Positions 20,852-31,929 of a stretch of 64,000 nt of DNA are shown in pieces. The notes below the pieces were generated by a model. That model did not search any database. It saw only the letters and a list, made by a program, of their open reading frames with translations, and was not told the DNA's origin. Position 1 is the stretch's first letter. Each line of letters begins with the position of its first letter. This DNA is from Bacilli bacterium (GTDB lineage Bacteria; Bacillota_I; Bacilli_A; RFN20; CAG-826), in NCBI GenBank assembly GCA_045597865.1, contig JAZLKX010000028.1:1-64000 (forward strand), read 5' to 3'. Made by a program: the position numbers and the translations under genes.

Positions 20852-22504
20852 TTATGCAACAACATTAATGTTTTGAGCTTTTTGTTTGATGACTGGGTCA
20901 TTAACAATACCGCTTAAAACAGCTTCATATTTTGAAGTATTTTCAACATCAGCAGCTGAAATATTAATGAAGACAGATTCAAAAACTGATTTAATTAAAG
21001 TTCTAATATCTGATGAACCAATGAATGCTGGGTCAACAAACTTGTGCCAACCTTTTTCAGCAACCATATATTCATTTTGGTTAACGTTTGCACCTTCACG
21101 GTAAGCAACAGTTGTTGGGAACTTATATGCTTCTGGATCGCCATTATCAGCTGCGTGTAAGAATGCTTGATATGCTGGGTCGTTTGTTGCAGATTCTGAA
21201 CATGGATAGTAACCAGTATTTAAGCACCATTCTGCTTGAAGTGATCCTGTTGTCATTGCAACCATAGCATCGAATGCTTTTTGGCTTAAATCAGGATTGC
21301 CTTGATTTCTATCTGTTAAAGTAATGTCTGCACCTTGTGAAATAACGTATTTACCATCATTTCCTAAAGCAGCATTGTATGGAAGAGGTTTAACTCTAAA
21401 ACGATTTGTCCATTTTGCAGTGTTATAGCTAAGACCGCCAGATGAACAGAGCATGAACATAACTTGATTAAGTTCAAATGCTTTGGAGCTGTAAGATTGT
21501 TGGAATTCTTTTGGAACACCAAAGATGTGTTGTTTATTAAGTCTATTAAAGAACTTCATACAATCAACAACTTTGCTTCTTACATCGCCATATTCTTTAT
21601 CATTAGTAGCATTAAATAAGATGTCACCTTTACGATAAAGTGGTTCAACTTTCATTTGTTCGGAATCAAGACGTGTGTATTGTCCACCCCATTGTCTTAC
21701 TAAAGTAATGAACATATTATCGGTTGAGTCCCAAGAAATGACACGAGTAAGGTCTTCATCAACGTCGGTGAAGTCTAGAAGTAATAATTTACCATCGTTG
21801 TCGATATAATCGCCATCGGCATTTTTCTTATTAATTCTTGATGGTTGAAGATTAAATTGTGAAGCTTTTCCTTCATAATCTTGGACACCATAAAGTGCCA
21901 TATGGCCACTAGCTAATTCTGAAAGAATAGAACGATAACCTGGGCCTTTAATTTCCCATTCTTGCCATGTTGAAGGAACTTCAGCAAGAGAAGGATCGCG
22001 TGTAGCACAATAGTCTACAAAGACACCATTATAACCCATAAGTTCTGTTGACTTATTAAATGGAAGGGCGGATAAAACCTTGTTTCCTTCATCATCAACA
22101 GCTAAGTTATAGTTTTCTTCCATATAAGCACCTAAATAATCTTTTAATAAGTCTGTGCCGTGTGCTTGGTCATAGGCTTCAACAAATTTATCGAGTGGTT
22201 GAAGAATATCATTTCCAAGATATTCTGCGAAGTGGTCTGGATAGCCTGTAACTAAGTCTGGATAAGAACGATCAGCAATAGCGGACATCATTTCAGATTT
22301 AACTTTATCGTATGCATTTTGTGAAATATGTTCGATTTTTACGCCACTAGCATTTCCGGCTTTATCAACAATACCATCTAAAACAGCTGTGTATGCAGTA
22401 CCAAAGCTTGACCAAAATTGTAAATCAGCTTTACTACCACAGGATGATAATGCACCTGAAGCAACTGCAAGTAATGCGAGAGCGAATGTACTTTTAACTT
22501 TCAT
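20852..22504 (-). CDS. ABC transporter substrate-binding lipoprotein (CUT1/UgpB-like, Mollicute type)
   Basis: ALSSC lipobox, GYPDHFAEY, LPFNKSTE, SSGG, SQG, TGYYP; in an operon with permeases. Confidence 0.85.
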   Translation of the reverse strand: MKVKSTFALALLAVASGALSSCGSKADLQFWSSFGTAYTAVLDGIVDKAGNASGVKIEHISQNAYDKVKSEMMSAIADRSYPDLVTGYPDHFAEYLGNDILQPLDKFVEAYDQAHGTDLLKDYLGAYMEENYNLAVDDEGNKVLSALPFNKSTELMGYNGVFVDYCATRDPSLAEVPSTWQEWEIKGPGYRSILSELASGHMALYGVQDYEGKASQFNLQPSRINKKNADGDYIDNDGKLLLLDFTDVDEDLTRVISWDSTDNMFITLVRQWGGQYTRLDSEQMKVEPLYRKGDILFNATNDKEYGDVRSKVVDCMKFFNRLNKQHIFGVPKEFQQSYSSKAFELNQVMFMLCSSGGLSYNTAKWTNRFRVKPLPYNAALGNDGKYVISQGADITLTDRNQGNPDLSQKAFDAMVAMTTGSLQAEWCLNTGYYPCSESATNDPAYQAFLHAADNGDPEAYKFPTTVAYREGANVNQNEYMVAEKGWHKFVDPAFIGSSDIRTLIKSVFESVFINISAADVENTSKYEAVLSGIVNDPVIKQKAQNINVVA

Positions 22505-22556
22505 AGTTAATTTTCCTTTCTAATTTTATATTAACACTTACGTGATAATACTAATT

Positions 22557-23519
22557 CTAGCCTTTAATACCAGAACGAGATACACCTTTCATGATGTATT
22601 TTCTGAAGCAAATAAAGACAATGAACAATGGGATGGAGATGACCATTGAGCCGGCAATCTTAATAGCTTCTTGTGTTCCACTACCATCGTTTTGTGAGAA
22701 TAACAAACGAAGACCGTTGGAGACAAGTAACATGGAGTGTTTGGAATCATATTTCCATGTACGTGGAGCAACTAAGTTTGGCCAAACGAATGAGTTCCAA
22801 GAACCCATCATTGATAAAATGATGATTGTTGTGATTGTTGGCATAGCAATTGGAATCATAACTTTCCAAAGGTAGCCGATATCGCTAACACCATCAACTT
22901 TTGCAGCGAGGTAAAGTTCGTTTGGAATTTGTTGGAATGTTTGTCTTAAATAGAAGACATAGAATACCGATACACCATGGACCAAAATTAAAGCCGCGAA
23001 AGTATTCATCCAACCAATTTGACGGACTGTCATGTAGTTAGTAATAACCATCATTTCACCTGGGATCATCATGGTAGCAAGTAAAACAGCAAAGACTGCT
23101 TCCTTACCTTTAAACTCAAGACGAGCGAAGGCAAATGCTGCAAGAACAGCGGTAACAACAGTAACTGTTGTTGAACCGACAGCAACTATGAATGTATTGA
23201 GGAAGAAGACTGGGAAATTGTTTCCAGATTTAGAAACAGTTTGACCTAAGTTATTAACGTAGGTGTCTTTAAAGACCTCTGCATAGTTGCTAAATCCCCA
23301 GTTGGCAAAGCCAAGTTGGGAGAAATCAGCTGTATTTGTAAATGTATCAAATGCTTTAGCATTAACAAATGAGCCGACAATCATAAGGACGAAAGGAGCA
23401 AGTAAGAATAATGCAAAGATTGATAAGAATAAATAAACAACAATCTTACCAAGAATTTTCTTGGTCATGTAGATTCTACGTGCTTTATCATCAGCAAAGT
23501 AAGCTGCGTGTTCTGACAT
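22557..23519 (-). CDS. carbohydrate-type ABC permease (MalG/UgpE-like)
   Basis: AAFAFARLEFKGK, EAA-like loop IPNELYLAAKVDG, WNSFVWP. Confidence 0.93.
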   Translation of the reverse strand: MSEHAAYFADDKARRIYMTKKILGKIVVYLFLSIFALFLLAPFVLMIVGSFVNAKAFDTFTNTADFSQLGFANWGFSNYAEVFKDTYVNNLGQTVSKSGNNFPVFFLNTFIVAVGSTTVTVVTAVLAAFAFARLEFKGKEAVFAVLLATMMIPGEMMVITNYMTVRQIGWMNTFAALILVHGVSVFYVFYLRQTFQQIPNELYLAAKVDGVSDIGYLWKVMIPIAMPTITTIIILSMMGSWNSFVWPNLVAPRTWKYDSKHSMLLVSNGLRLLFSQNDGSGTQEAIKIAGSMVISIPLFIVFICFRKYIMKGVSRSGIKG

Positions 23520-23533
23520 ATTCTACTCCTTTC

Positions 23534-24619
23534 CTAATAGTGAACTCTCTTCTTAGAGACAGCAAATTGAAGTGCTGTAATGACCATAATGATTCCTAAA
23601 AGAATCAAGGAAGCTGCAGAAGCAACACCTGGTCTAAGCTTAGAAGATTCGAGTTCCTTATAAATCCAACCAACGACTGGAATCCAGTCATTACCTTTTT
23701 CACCACCAAAGTAGTAAGCATCACCGGAAACACCTTGATAGACAGACATAACGCCTGTGTACATCTTAAATGATCCGATGAATGATGTAATTGTGATGTA
23801 AAGGATTTGTGGAGACAAAAGTGGCAACGTGATACGTCTCCAAATAGTAAAGTTACTTGCACCATCAATTCTTGCGGCATCAGAATATTGCTTATCAATT
23901 GTGGCAAGACCTGACATAAAGACAAGAATCTTAAATGCAATACCATTCCATAATGAGTATAAAACGATAACAACACCTTGTGAGAATTTAGATGCTGGTG
24001 GAAGTCCTTTATAAGAAGAGAAGGACAACCAGTTAATTGGGTTTTCAACACCGAACACATCATGAAGCATGATATTAATCAAACCACCAGGAGTGCCCTT
24101 AAATGCGATGTTGAAGATTAAACCTAAAGCAATCGTATTTGTGACATATGGAAGGAAGAAGATTGTTTGATAGAAGCCTTTTAAAACCTTAATATTATTA
24201 AGGAAGGTGGCTATGAGAAGTGAAACAATGATTGTTAATGGAACCTCAACAATTGTTAAAATTGCTGTATTACCAATAGATGAAATAAATATTTCATTTT
24301 GAAGTGCTAATCTGAAGTTATCAAAACCGAAAGCTGCCATCTTAGCAGGACCATTAATAACAGTAGCAATAAATTGACCCAAAGCAAAGCTTCCAGCGCC
24401 TGTTGCGTATTGGAAGTTTTGAATAAACGCAAACAAGAATGTGTTTACGATTGGGTACAACATGAACATGCAAATGAAGATCAAAGCTGGTATCAAAACT
24501 AACCAGGCAGTAGCCCATTGTGGAAGGGTTACGCGTCTGCGTTTCGAAATCAACTTGGCCTTTGTTGCGTCAAGTTCGTTCACTTCTACTCCTTTCATAT
24601 TTAATTCACTTGCGACCAT
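23534..24619 (-). CDS. carbohydrate-type ABC permease (MalF/UgpA-like)
   Basis: FFLPYVT, YSDAARIDGA, ITLPLLSP. Confidence 0.93.
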   Translation of the reverse strand: MVASELNMKGVEVNELDATKAKLISKRRRVTLPQWATAWLVLIPALIFICMFMLYPIVNTFLFAFIQNFQYATGAGSFALGQFIATVINGPAKMAAFGFDNFRLALQNEIFISSIGNTAILTIVEVPLTIIVSLLIATFLNNIKVLKGFYQTIFFLPYVTNTIALGLIFNIAFKGTPGGLINIMLHDVFGVENPINWLSFSSYKGLPPASKFSQGVVIVLYSLWNGIAFKILVFMSGLATIDKQYSDAARIDGASNFTIWRRITLPLLSPQILYITITSFIGSFKMYTGVMSVYQGVSGDAYYFGGEKGNDWIPVVGWIYKELESSKLRPGVASAASLILLGIIMVITALQFAVSKKRVHY

Positions 24620-24627
24620 GGTTAAAG

Positions 24628-26073
24628 TTATTTAATCCTTTCGCCTGTTTCTTCGAAAACGTAGAAACGTCTGGCCTTAAATGAAATTTCTGGTTTTCCA
24701 AGGATTTCGTTGCGCAATGCACTTGGAATAATTACCTTAACGTGATTTTCTTGTCCGGTAATGTTTCCATTAACTGTAATATCACGTCCAATATGTTCGA
24801 CAGATGTAACAGTAACTGGAACATCTCCGCCTTTATTTATGTATTCAAAGCTTTCTGGACGAACAGCAAGTTTAACTTTTCTGTCTAATGCACCAAAGAC
24901 TTTGTCTTCATCAATGACTTTGCCATTGAGTAAAAGTTTTCCACCTTTGATTTCTCCATCAAATACGTTAATAGCTGGAGAACCTAAGAATTTTGCGACG
25001 AATAAGTTAGCTGGTTCATCATAAACCTTTTGAGGTTCATCAATTTGTTGAACAACACCGAGTTTCATAACAACGATGAAGTCTGAAATTGACATAGCTT
25101 CTTCTTGGTCGTGTGTAACGAAGACTGTTGTAATACCAGTTTCACGTTGAATACGTTTAATTTCTTCACGTGTTTGAAGTCTTAAACGAGCATCGAGGTT
25201 TGAAAGTGGTTCGTCAAGAAGAAGTACTCTAGGTTTCTTTGCTAAAGCACGAGCAATAGCAACACGTTGTTGTTGACCGCCAGATAACTCTTTTGGTTTT
25301 CTGTCTAAGTATTGATCAATATCAACGACTTTTGCCATTTCAAGCGCGATAGCATCCTTATCAGCTTTTGATAATTTTCTACGAGCTTTTTTCTCTGCAG
25401 CTTCTGGATTTGAAACTTGGAGTTCTTCGAACTCTCTAACTGCTCTTGCAAGATTAACTTCGGCCTTCATAATTTCTTCATTACAATAAACAAGGTGTTC
25501 TTCAAGATTTTTGATTCTTTCAGTTGAAGTTTTAATTGTTTGCTCAGCAATTGCAAGTTTTTCCTTTTGGTCAAGAAGCATTTCATCTTCTTCACCAACA
25601 TGAGCTGCAATTTTTTCTTCTAATGAAGCTTTTGACTTTTCAGCTTTTGCTAAAGCTTTCTTTGTGCGAGCTAAGTCTTTCTCGGTTGTCTTTTTGTCGC
25701 CTTTTGCGTCAAAGAGACGATTTTCCTCTTCACCGTATGGACCAGTGAAGCGCACATTGTCTAATGGGAATTCAATGTTTTGTCTAACAGAAAGATGTGG
25801 ATAAAGAGCATAGTTTTGGAAGACTAAGCCAATACCACGGTTCTCTGGTGGAACGTTTGTAACATCTTCATCACCAAACCAAATGTGACCGTCGGTTGGT
25901 TTGTGTAAACCAGCAATCATATAAAGTGTTGTAGACTTACCGCATCCAGACGGACCTAAAAGACCGACGAGTTTACCGTCAGGTATTGTAAAGTTCATCT
26001 TATTGACAGCAGTAGTTTCGACACCTTTTTTGCCGACGAAGGTTTTAGTAAGATTTTCGATTCTTACGTCCAT
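24628..26073 (-). CDS. ABC transporter ATP-binding protein (MalK/UgpC-like) with coiled-coil insertion
   Basis: GPSGCGKST, FQNYALYPH, LSGGQQQR, LLLDEPLSNLD, VTHDQEEA. Confidence 0.95.
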   Translation of the reverse strand: MDVRIENLTKTFVGKKGVETTAVNKMNFTIPDGKLVGLLGPSGCGKSTTLYMIAGLHKPTDGHIWFGDEDVTNVPPENRGIGLVFQNYALYPHLSVRQNIEFPLDNVRFTGPYGEEENRLFDAKGDKKTTEKDLARTKKALAKAEKSKASLEEKIAAHVGEEDEMLLDQKEKLAIAEQTIKTSTERIKNLEEHLVYCNEEIMKAEVNLARAVREFEELQVSNPEAAEKKARRKLSKADKDAIALEMAKVVDIDQYLDRKPKELSGGQQQRVAIARALAKKPRVLLLDEPLSNLDARLRLQTREEIKRIQRETGITTVFVTHDQEEAMSISDFIVVMKLGVVQQIDEPQKVYDEPANLFVAKFLGSPAINVFDGEIKGGKLLLNGKVIDEDKVFGALDRKVKLAVRPESFEYINKGGDVPVTVTSVEHIGRDITVNGNITGQENHVKVIIPSALRNEILGKPEISFKARRFYVFEETGERIK

Positions 26074-26154
26074 TAGTTTTTACCTCCTATGGTGTATAAC
26101 GTAGCTGTAACTACACTAGAATAATAACACAGTTATAATTCTTTTTCTATAAAT

Positions 26155-26182
26155 AAAAAAGCCGCTCAATTTATTGAGAGGC
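26155..26182 (-). terminator. terminator after RDD pair
   Basis: GCCTCTCAAT-AA-ATTGAGCGGC-TTTTTT. Confidence 0.75.
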
Positions 26183-26230
26183 AAAATATTGGGGTTTTGC
26201 AGAAAAATCACCGTAAAAACCTAGAGATTT

Positions 26231-27370
26231 TTACTTTTTAGCTTTTTTTAACTTTTCCTGTTCAAGCTCTTTTTTGACTTCTTCGTTAACGATTTCAGTA
26301 CCTATTTGAATGACCTTAGATTGGTCTGGTTCATAACGACGATATTTAGACATTTTTTCTTCAAGTTCGGCTTCAGTTTTTTTCTCTACTTCAAGGTTCT
26401 TAAACCACACTGATTTAGCAGTATCAATCATGTAAGTATAAGCAGCATAATCGATCGGTGATCTTTTAGTTTTTGAGATGGCTGTAGCAACCAAATAAAT
26501 AACTACTCCAACACCTAAAATTGCAAGGGAAGTTAGACCAATTCCTACTACAAAGGAGAATAATGATACCCACGCAAAAAGGAGAAGTTGTCTAAAGACA
26601 ATTTGTCTCTTTTTAACTTCAAAACCATCTTTGCTGGCAAGTCCAATATGCATGACTTTTTTGCCAAATGTTTCGCCGTTTTTGTAAAGAAGCGGAACAA
26701 GCAAATAAAATCCAAAAAACGAGATAACAAAAGCAGGCAAAATCATTACGAGCTGACAGTTGCCAATCTTTCTATTTAAATCAACAAAATGTGCTTCTTC
26801 GCGCAAATCTTTAACAGCATTATAAGCGAGGTTTTTATAGTCATCTACACTACTTTTGCCATCAATTAAATTAGTAAACCACTCTTCGGTAAAGTAATCT
26901 TTTGGAAGAACATCATTTCCGCTATTATCTTTAATATATATATTATAGTTAGGGGCTTTGAAATCTTCTGGATCTTTTCCTTCAATGGTTTCTACATTTT
27001 CTCCAGTTTTGTAAGAACAATAGTAATAATGGAGTCTATCCTTATAAAAATTTACATCAGTAGATTCATAATTATATAAAGGTGTATAAGTCAAATTTCC
27101 TGTTGTTTCTTCAAATTTTGTTACTTCTACAACTTTAGTTGTACCATCTTCTTCATTAATTTCCTCTGCAACATAAAGTTTTGAAAAAACTTCCCATTTT
27201 AATCCTTGAACTCCAAGGTCTTTATAGTGCATTGTACTATTTACAATCGGTGTAAAAACCCAAAGAGCTAGAGCAACCATGGTGAACGCAAAAACAGCGG
27301 CATCCATGATCATTGCAATCATGCGTTTGCCGAGTCCTGCTTCGTGAATGTCTCTAATACTACTTTTCAT
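26231..27370 (-). CDS. RDD-family membrane protein with large extracytoplasmic insertion
   Basis: KRMIAMIMD, GETFGKKVMHI, RQ, KRSPIDYAAYT. Confidence 0.75.
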   Translation of the reverse strand: MKSSIRDIHEAGLGKRMIAMIMDAAVFAFTMVALALWVFTPIVNSTMHYKDLGVQGLKWEVFSKLYVAEEINEEDGTTKVVEVTKFEETTGNLTYTPLYNYESTDVNFYKDRLHYYYCSYKTGENVETIEGKDPEDFKAPNYNIYIKDNSGNDVLPKDYFTEEWFTNLIDGKSSVDDYKNLAYNAVKDLREEAHFVDLNRKIGNCQLVMILPAFVISFFGFYLLVPLLYKNGETFGKKVMHIGLASKDGFEVKKRQIVFRQLLLFAWVSLFSFVVGIGLTSLAILGVGVVIYLVATAISKTKRSPIDYAAYTYMIDTAKSVWFKNLEVEKKTEAELEEKMSKYRRYEPDQSKVIQIGTEIVNEEVKKELEQEKLKKAKK

Positions 27371-28478
27371 ATTTCAATTCAGGTTCTTCACCATCGCCTT
27401 CGGCGTTTTCATCTTCCTCAACCTCAAAACCATCTTCTTTCATGATATATTTTTCTTCTTCAAGCTCATTAGAGAAGATAATTGAAGTCTTATCATCAAC
27501 AACGATCGTTCTAGCGGTAAAATCATGTAAAGCTGCCTTCTTTGGAGAAGCCATTGCCAAAGCAAAAGATACTAAGAAAACAATCATTGGAATTAAAACT
27601 AGTAAGAAAATATCATTCCAAATTGGAATCAAAAATGAGAGCAACACAACAACAAGAGGCATTAATCTCATTGCGAGTTGGTAATTATGAAACTCATAAC
27701 CATCGCTAGTAGCTAAAGCTAACTTAAAGAGTTTCTTTCCAAGTGTTCTACCTTGTTTAAAAATAAGTGGGAACATAACATAAGTTAAAATTCCTGCAAT
27801 AATTCCGGAAAGAACTACTTCTACAGAATAAACAAAAGTCATTTGATTTGTTAAATCGACAACGTAAGAAAGATTATTAAAATCTGTGTAAGCAGAAAGG
27901 AATGCACTTTGCATGTATTGATTAATCTTTTCACTTGGAACTTTAGCTGGATCCTTTGGAACACCAATTTGGGTTTTATCGTAAGCTCCATCAACCTTCA
28001 CATATGTGAAATATGAATTTTCATCGTTATCTGGGTCGCTTGATTTTATTTGAAGGACAGATTTATTAAACCAATCAACTGTGTAATATTCAGACTTGCT
28101 AACCTCAACACCATCATCATTTTTAATTTTCTCGTTTGCAAGTCTAGAACCAGTTCCTTCCTCACTTACGTTACCAGTGAGATAATTCATATAATAATAT
28201 GAAATAGTGTTTTTAAATTCTTCATATGTTGCGTCATTAGCAATAATTTGAAGTTCACCATTTTCATCTCTAAAACGAAGATGAGAATTAATTTGTTCTT
28301 GCTCTAATTCATTTTTGTATGGATCTGCAACTGGATTAAGAATGAACTTAAAGCATCCAAAAAGTAAAGCAAGTAAAAAAGCACCAAACACTGCAACGTC
28401 AACTAAAAATGCCCCAGTACGCGTACCTTGCTTGGCTAGGTTCGTGTGTCTAGGTAATGTATATTTACGTTGCTTCAT
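27360..28478 (-). CDS. RDD-family membrane protein with large extracytoplasmic insertion
   Basis: RTGAFLVD, GRTLGKKLFKL, R, ALHDFTARTIVV. Confidence 0.85.
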   Translation of the reverse strand: MKQRKYTLPRHTNLAKQGTRTGAFLVDVAVFGAFLLALLFGCFKFILNPVADPYKNELEQEQINSHLRFRDENGELQIIANDATYEEFKNTISYYYMNYLTGNVSEEGTGSRLANEKIKNDDGVEVSKSEYYTVDWFNKSVLQIKSSDPDNDENSYFTYVKVDGAYDKTQIGVPKDPAKVPSEKINQYMQSAFLSAYTDFNNLSYVVDLTNQMTFVYSVEVVLSGIIAGILTYVMFPLIFKQGRTLGKKLFKLALATSDGYEFHNYQLAMRLMPLVVVLLSFLIPIWNDIFLLVLIPMIVFLVSFALAMASPKKAALHDFTARTIVVDDKTSIIFSNELEEEKYIMKEDGFEVEEDENAEGDGEEPELKYEK

Positions 28479-28516
28479 AATTTTTATTATGGACTAAATG
28501 TAAAAAATAAACAAAC

Positions 28517-28540
28517 AAAAAAGACCTCCGAAGAGGTCTT
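28517..28540 (-). terminator. terminator of str operon
   Basis: AAGACCTC-TTCG-GAGGTCTT-TTTT. Confidence 0.93.
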
Positions 28541-28560
28541 GAATTTGTTAAATAATATAA

Positions 28561-29739
28561 TTATTTAATAATTTCAGTGACTGAACCTGAACCAACTGTA
28601 CGGCCACCTTCACGAATTGAGAACTTGGTTCCCTTTTCAATTGCGACTGGGTGGATTAATTCGACTGTTAATTCAACGTTATCACCTGGCATAACCATAT
28701 CTGTACCAGCTGGAAGTGTAATAACACCTGTAATGTCTGTTGTACGGAAATAGAATTGTGGACGGTAGTTGCTTAAGAAAGCTGTATGACGTCCGCCTTC
28801 TTCTTTCTTTAAAACGTAGACTGAAGCTGTGAATTTGGTATGTGGGATGATTGATCCTGGTTTTGCAAGAACTTGTCCACGGACAACTTGATCACGGTTG
28901 ATACCACGTAAGAGGATACCAACGTTATCGCCTGGTTGGACGAAATCAAGTGATTTTCTGAACATTTCCATGCCAGTAATGACTGATTTTTGTGTGTCCT
29001 TAATACCAACGATTTCGACTTCGTCGTTCATGTTTGCGACACCACGTTCAACTCTACCAGTGACGACTGTGCCACGACCAGTGATTGTGACGACGTCTTC
29101 GATTGGAAGAAGGAATGGTTTATCCTTATCGAGTTGTGGAAGTGGGATATAGCTATCGACAGCATCCATTAAGTCTTCGATTGGTTTGGAATCGCCGCCA
29201 TCAAGAGCGACTTTTGCTGAACCACGGATAACTGGTGTTGAGTCTCCTGGGAATCCATAGGATGTGAGTAAGTCACGGACTTCCATTTCGACAATGTCAA
29301 TGAGTTCTGGATCATCAACTAAATCACATTTGTTTAAGAAAACAACAATGTATGGAACACCGACTTGTCTTGCGAGAAGAATGTGTTCACGTGTTTGTGG
29401 CATAACGCCATCAGTTGCTGCGACGACAAGGATTGCGCCATCCATTTGTGCGGCACCGGTGATCATGTTTTTAACATAGTCAGCGTGGCCCGGGCAGTCA
29501 ACGTGAGCATAGTGTCTTGTTGCTGTTTCGTACTCAATGTGTGCGGTATTAATTGTAATACCACGAGCCTTTTCTTCTGGAGCAGCATCGATTTGATCGT
29601 ATGCTTTGGCTACTGCTCCGCCCTTTTTAGCAAGGACTGTTGTGATAGCAGCTGTTAAAGTTGTTTTACCATGGTCAACGTGGCCAATGGTACCAATGTT
29701 TAAGTGAGCTTTGCTTCTATCAAATTTTTCTTTTGCCAT
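28561..29739 (-). CDS. tuf: elongation factor Tu
   Basis: [26 protein letters not shown]. Confidence 0.99.
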   Translation of the reverse strand: MAKEKFDRSKAHLNIGTIGHVDHGKTTLTAAITTVLAKKGGAVAKAYDQIDAAPEEKARGITINTAHIEYETATRHYAHVDCPGHADYVKNMITGAAQMDGAILVVAATDGVMPQTREHILLARQVGVPYIVVFLNKCDLVDDPELIDIVEMEVRDLLTSYGFPGDSTPVIRGSAKVALDGGDSKPIEDLMDAVDSYIPLPQLDKDKPFLLPIEDVVTITGRGTVVTGRVERGVANMNDEVEIVGIKDTQKSVITGMEMFRKSLDFVQPGDNVGILLRGINRDQVVRGQVLAKPGSIIPHTKFTASVYVLKKEEGGRHTAFLSNYRPQFYFRTTDITGVITLPAGTDMVMPGDNVELTVELIHPVAIEKGTKFSIREGGRTVGSGSVTEIIK

Positions 29740-29786
29740 TTGAATTTTCCTCCTTAAGGTTAGATTTCGTAAAATTCAACGAAATT

Positions 29787-29815
29787 ATAATAATGGAATT
29801 TATAACCTAAATCAA
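29787..29815 (-). promoter_or_regulatory. probable internal tuf promoter
   Basis: TTGATT-17-TATTAT in the fusA-tuf spacer. Confidence 0.5.
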
Positions 29816-29835
29816 TACATTTTGTATTAATTTGA

Positions 29836-31914
29836 TTAACGATTTGACATGCCAGACTTTTTAATAATCTCGTCTTGGACATATCTTGGACATTCTCCAT
29901 AGTGGGAGAATTGCATTGTGTAGTTACCTCTACCTTGAGTGAATGAACGAAGGTCTGTAACGTAACCGAACATTTCTGAAAGTGGCACTTCTGCTTCGAC
30001 AATCTTAGCATTTCCACGTTGTGTTTCACCAGTCATATTTCCACGTCTACGGGAAATATCACCAATGACATCACCATAATATTGTTCAGGAACTGTAACT
30101 TCAATCTTCATGATTGGTTCGAGAATAACTGGGTCACATTTTCTAGCAGCTTCTTTAAGAGCCATAGATGCTGCGACCTTATAAGCAGCTTCGGATGAGT
30201 CAACATCGTGTGAAGAACCATCGAATAATGTAGCTTTGATATCAATTGCTTGGAATCCAGCAACTAAACCTCTACGCATTGCATCGACTGTACCTTCCAT
30301 AGTTGGTTTAATGAATTCTTTTGGAACTGCACCACCAACAACGGCATCAACGAATTCAAAGCCTTTTCCTGGGTTAGGTTCAAATCTGATCCAAACGTGA
30401 CCATATTGACCGTGACCACCGGATTGCTTAATGTACTTACCTTCACATTCTGCAGTTGCACGAATTGTTTCCTTATAACCAACTTGTGGTGCGCCTACGT
30501 TAACTTCGACGTTGAATTCACGGCGAAGTCTATCAACTAAGACGTCAAGGTGTAATTCGCCAACACCTGCAATAATGGTTTGACCTGTTTCTTGGTTTGT
30601 GTGAACCTTGAATGTTGGGTCTTCTTCAGCAAGTTTTGCGAGGGCAATGCCCATCTTTTCTTGGTCAGCTTTGGTCTTTGGTTCGACAGCTTCTTCGATA
30701 ACTGGTTCTGGGAATTCCATTCTTTCAAGAATGACAGGATGTTTTTCATCACAGAGAGTATCACCTGTAGTTGTGTTTTTAAGACCAACAACTGCGCCAA
30801 TGTCGCCAGCGTGTAAAGCGTCAACTTCTTCACGGTGGTTCGAGTGCATTAAGACGACACGAGCGATACGTTCTTTGCCATCTTTTGTTGAGTTGAGGAC
30901 ATAAGAACCTGATGTGAGAACACCGCTATAAACACGGACGTAAGCTAAACGACCAATGAATGGGTCGGTAGCAATCTTGAATGCAAGAGCAACGAGTGGT
31001 TCATTATCATCGGCTTTAGCATGGAATTCGCTTCCGTCGAGTAATTCACCTTTTGCTGGTGCAATATCAAGTGGGCTTGGTAAGTAATCAACTACACCAT
31101 CAAGGAGTAATTGAACACCTTTGTTTTTGTAAGCAGATCCACAGAAAACTGGGAAGAATTCGCCAGTAAGAACTGCTTTACGAATTGTTGACTTAATCAT
31201 GTCGACTGGAACGTCTTGTCCATCAAGGACCATCATCATTAAGTCATCATCGAAGGCAGCAAGTGCTTCGAGAAGTTTTTGACGAAGTTCTTCAACTTTG
31301 TCTTTGTATTCTTCAGGAATTGCTTCTTCGTGAGGTGGTTCATCGACGTTATCTGAGTAAACCCAGGCTTTACGTTCGATGATATCGATACAACCTCTTA
31401 AGGTTGATTCAATACCAATTGGGTATTGGACTGCTGCTGCGTTAGCGGCAAGTCTTTCGTGTAATGAGTTAACACTCATTTCGAAGTCGGCGCCGATAGC
31501 ATCGAGTTTGTTAACAAAGACGATACGTGGAACGCCGTATTTGGTGCCTTGTCTCCAAACTGTTTCGGTTTGTGGTTCGACACCGTTTTTTCCATCAAGA
31601 ACTGTAACAGCACCATCAAGAACACGAAGTGAACGTTCAACTTCTACTGTGAAGTCGACGTGCCCCGGTGTATCGATGATGTTAATTCTATGTTCTTTCC
31701 AGAAAGCAGTTGTAGCTGCTGAGGTAATTGTAATACCTCTTTCTTGTTCTTGTTCCATCCAGTCCATTGTTGCGGCACCTTCGTGTGTCTCACCAATTTT
31801 GTGGATTTTACCTGTGAAATAAAGGATACGTTCTGTGGTAGTAGTTTTACCGGCATCGATGTGAGCCATGATACCGATGTTACGTGTATGTTGTAAATCG
31901 TATTGACGTGACAT
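29836..31914 (-). CDS. fusA: elongation factor G
   Basis: [32 protein letters not shown]. Confidence 0.99.
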   Translation of the reverse strand: MSRQYDLQHTRNIGIMAHIDAGKTTTTERILYFTGKIHKIGETHEGAATMDWMEQEQERGITITSAATTAFWKEHRINIIDTPGHVDFTVEVERSLRVLDGAVTVLDGKNGVEPQTETVWRQGTKYGVPRIVFVNKLDAIGADFEMSVNSLHERLAANAAAVQYPIGIESTLRGCIDIIERKAWVYSDNVDEPPHEEAIPEEYKDKVEELRQKLLEALAAFDDDLMMMVLDGQDVPVDMIKSTIRKAVLTGEFFPVFCGSAYKNKGVQLLLDGVVDYLPSPLDIAPAKGELLDGSEFHAKADDNEPLVALAFKIATDPFIGRLAYVRVYSGVLTSGSYVLNSTKDGKERIARVVLMHSNHREEVDALHAGDIGAVVGLKNTTTGDTLCDEKHPVILERMEFPEPVIEEAVEPKTKADQEKMGIALAKLAEEDPTFKVHTNQETGQTIIAGVGELHLDVLVDRLRREFNVEVNVGAPQVGYKETIRATAECEGKYIKQSGGHGQYGHVWIRFEPNPGKGFEFVDAVVGGAVPKEFIKPTMEGTVDAMRRGLVAGFQAIDIKATLFDGSSHDVDSSEAAYKVAASMALKEAARKCDPVILEPIMKIEVTVPEQYYGDVIGDISRRRGNMTGETQRGNAKIVEAEVPLSEMFGYVTDLRSFTQGRGNYTMQFSHYGECPRYVQDEIIKKSGMSNR

Positions 31915-31929
31915 AACTTATTTCTCCTA

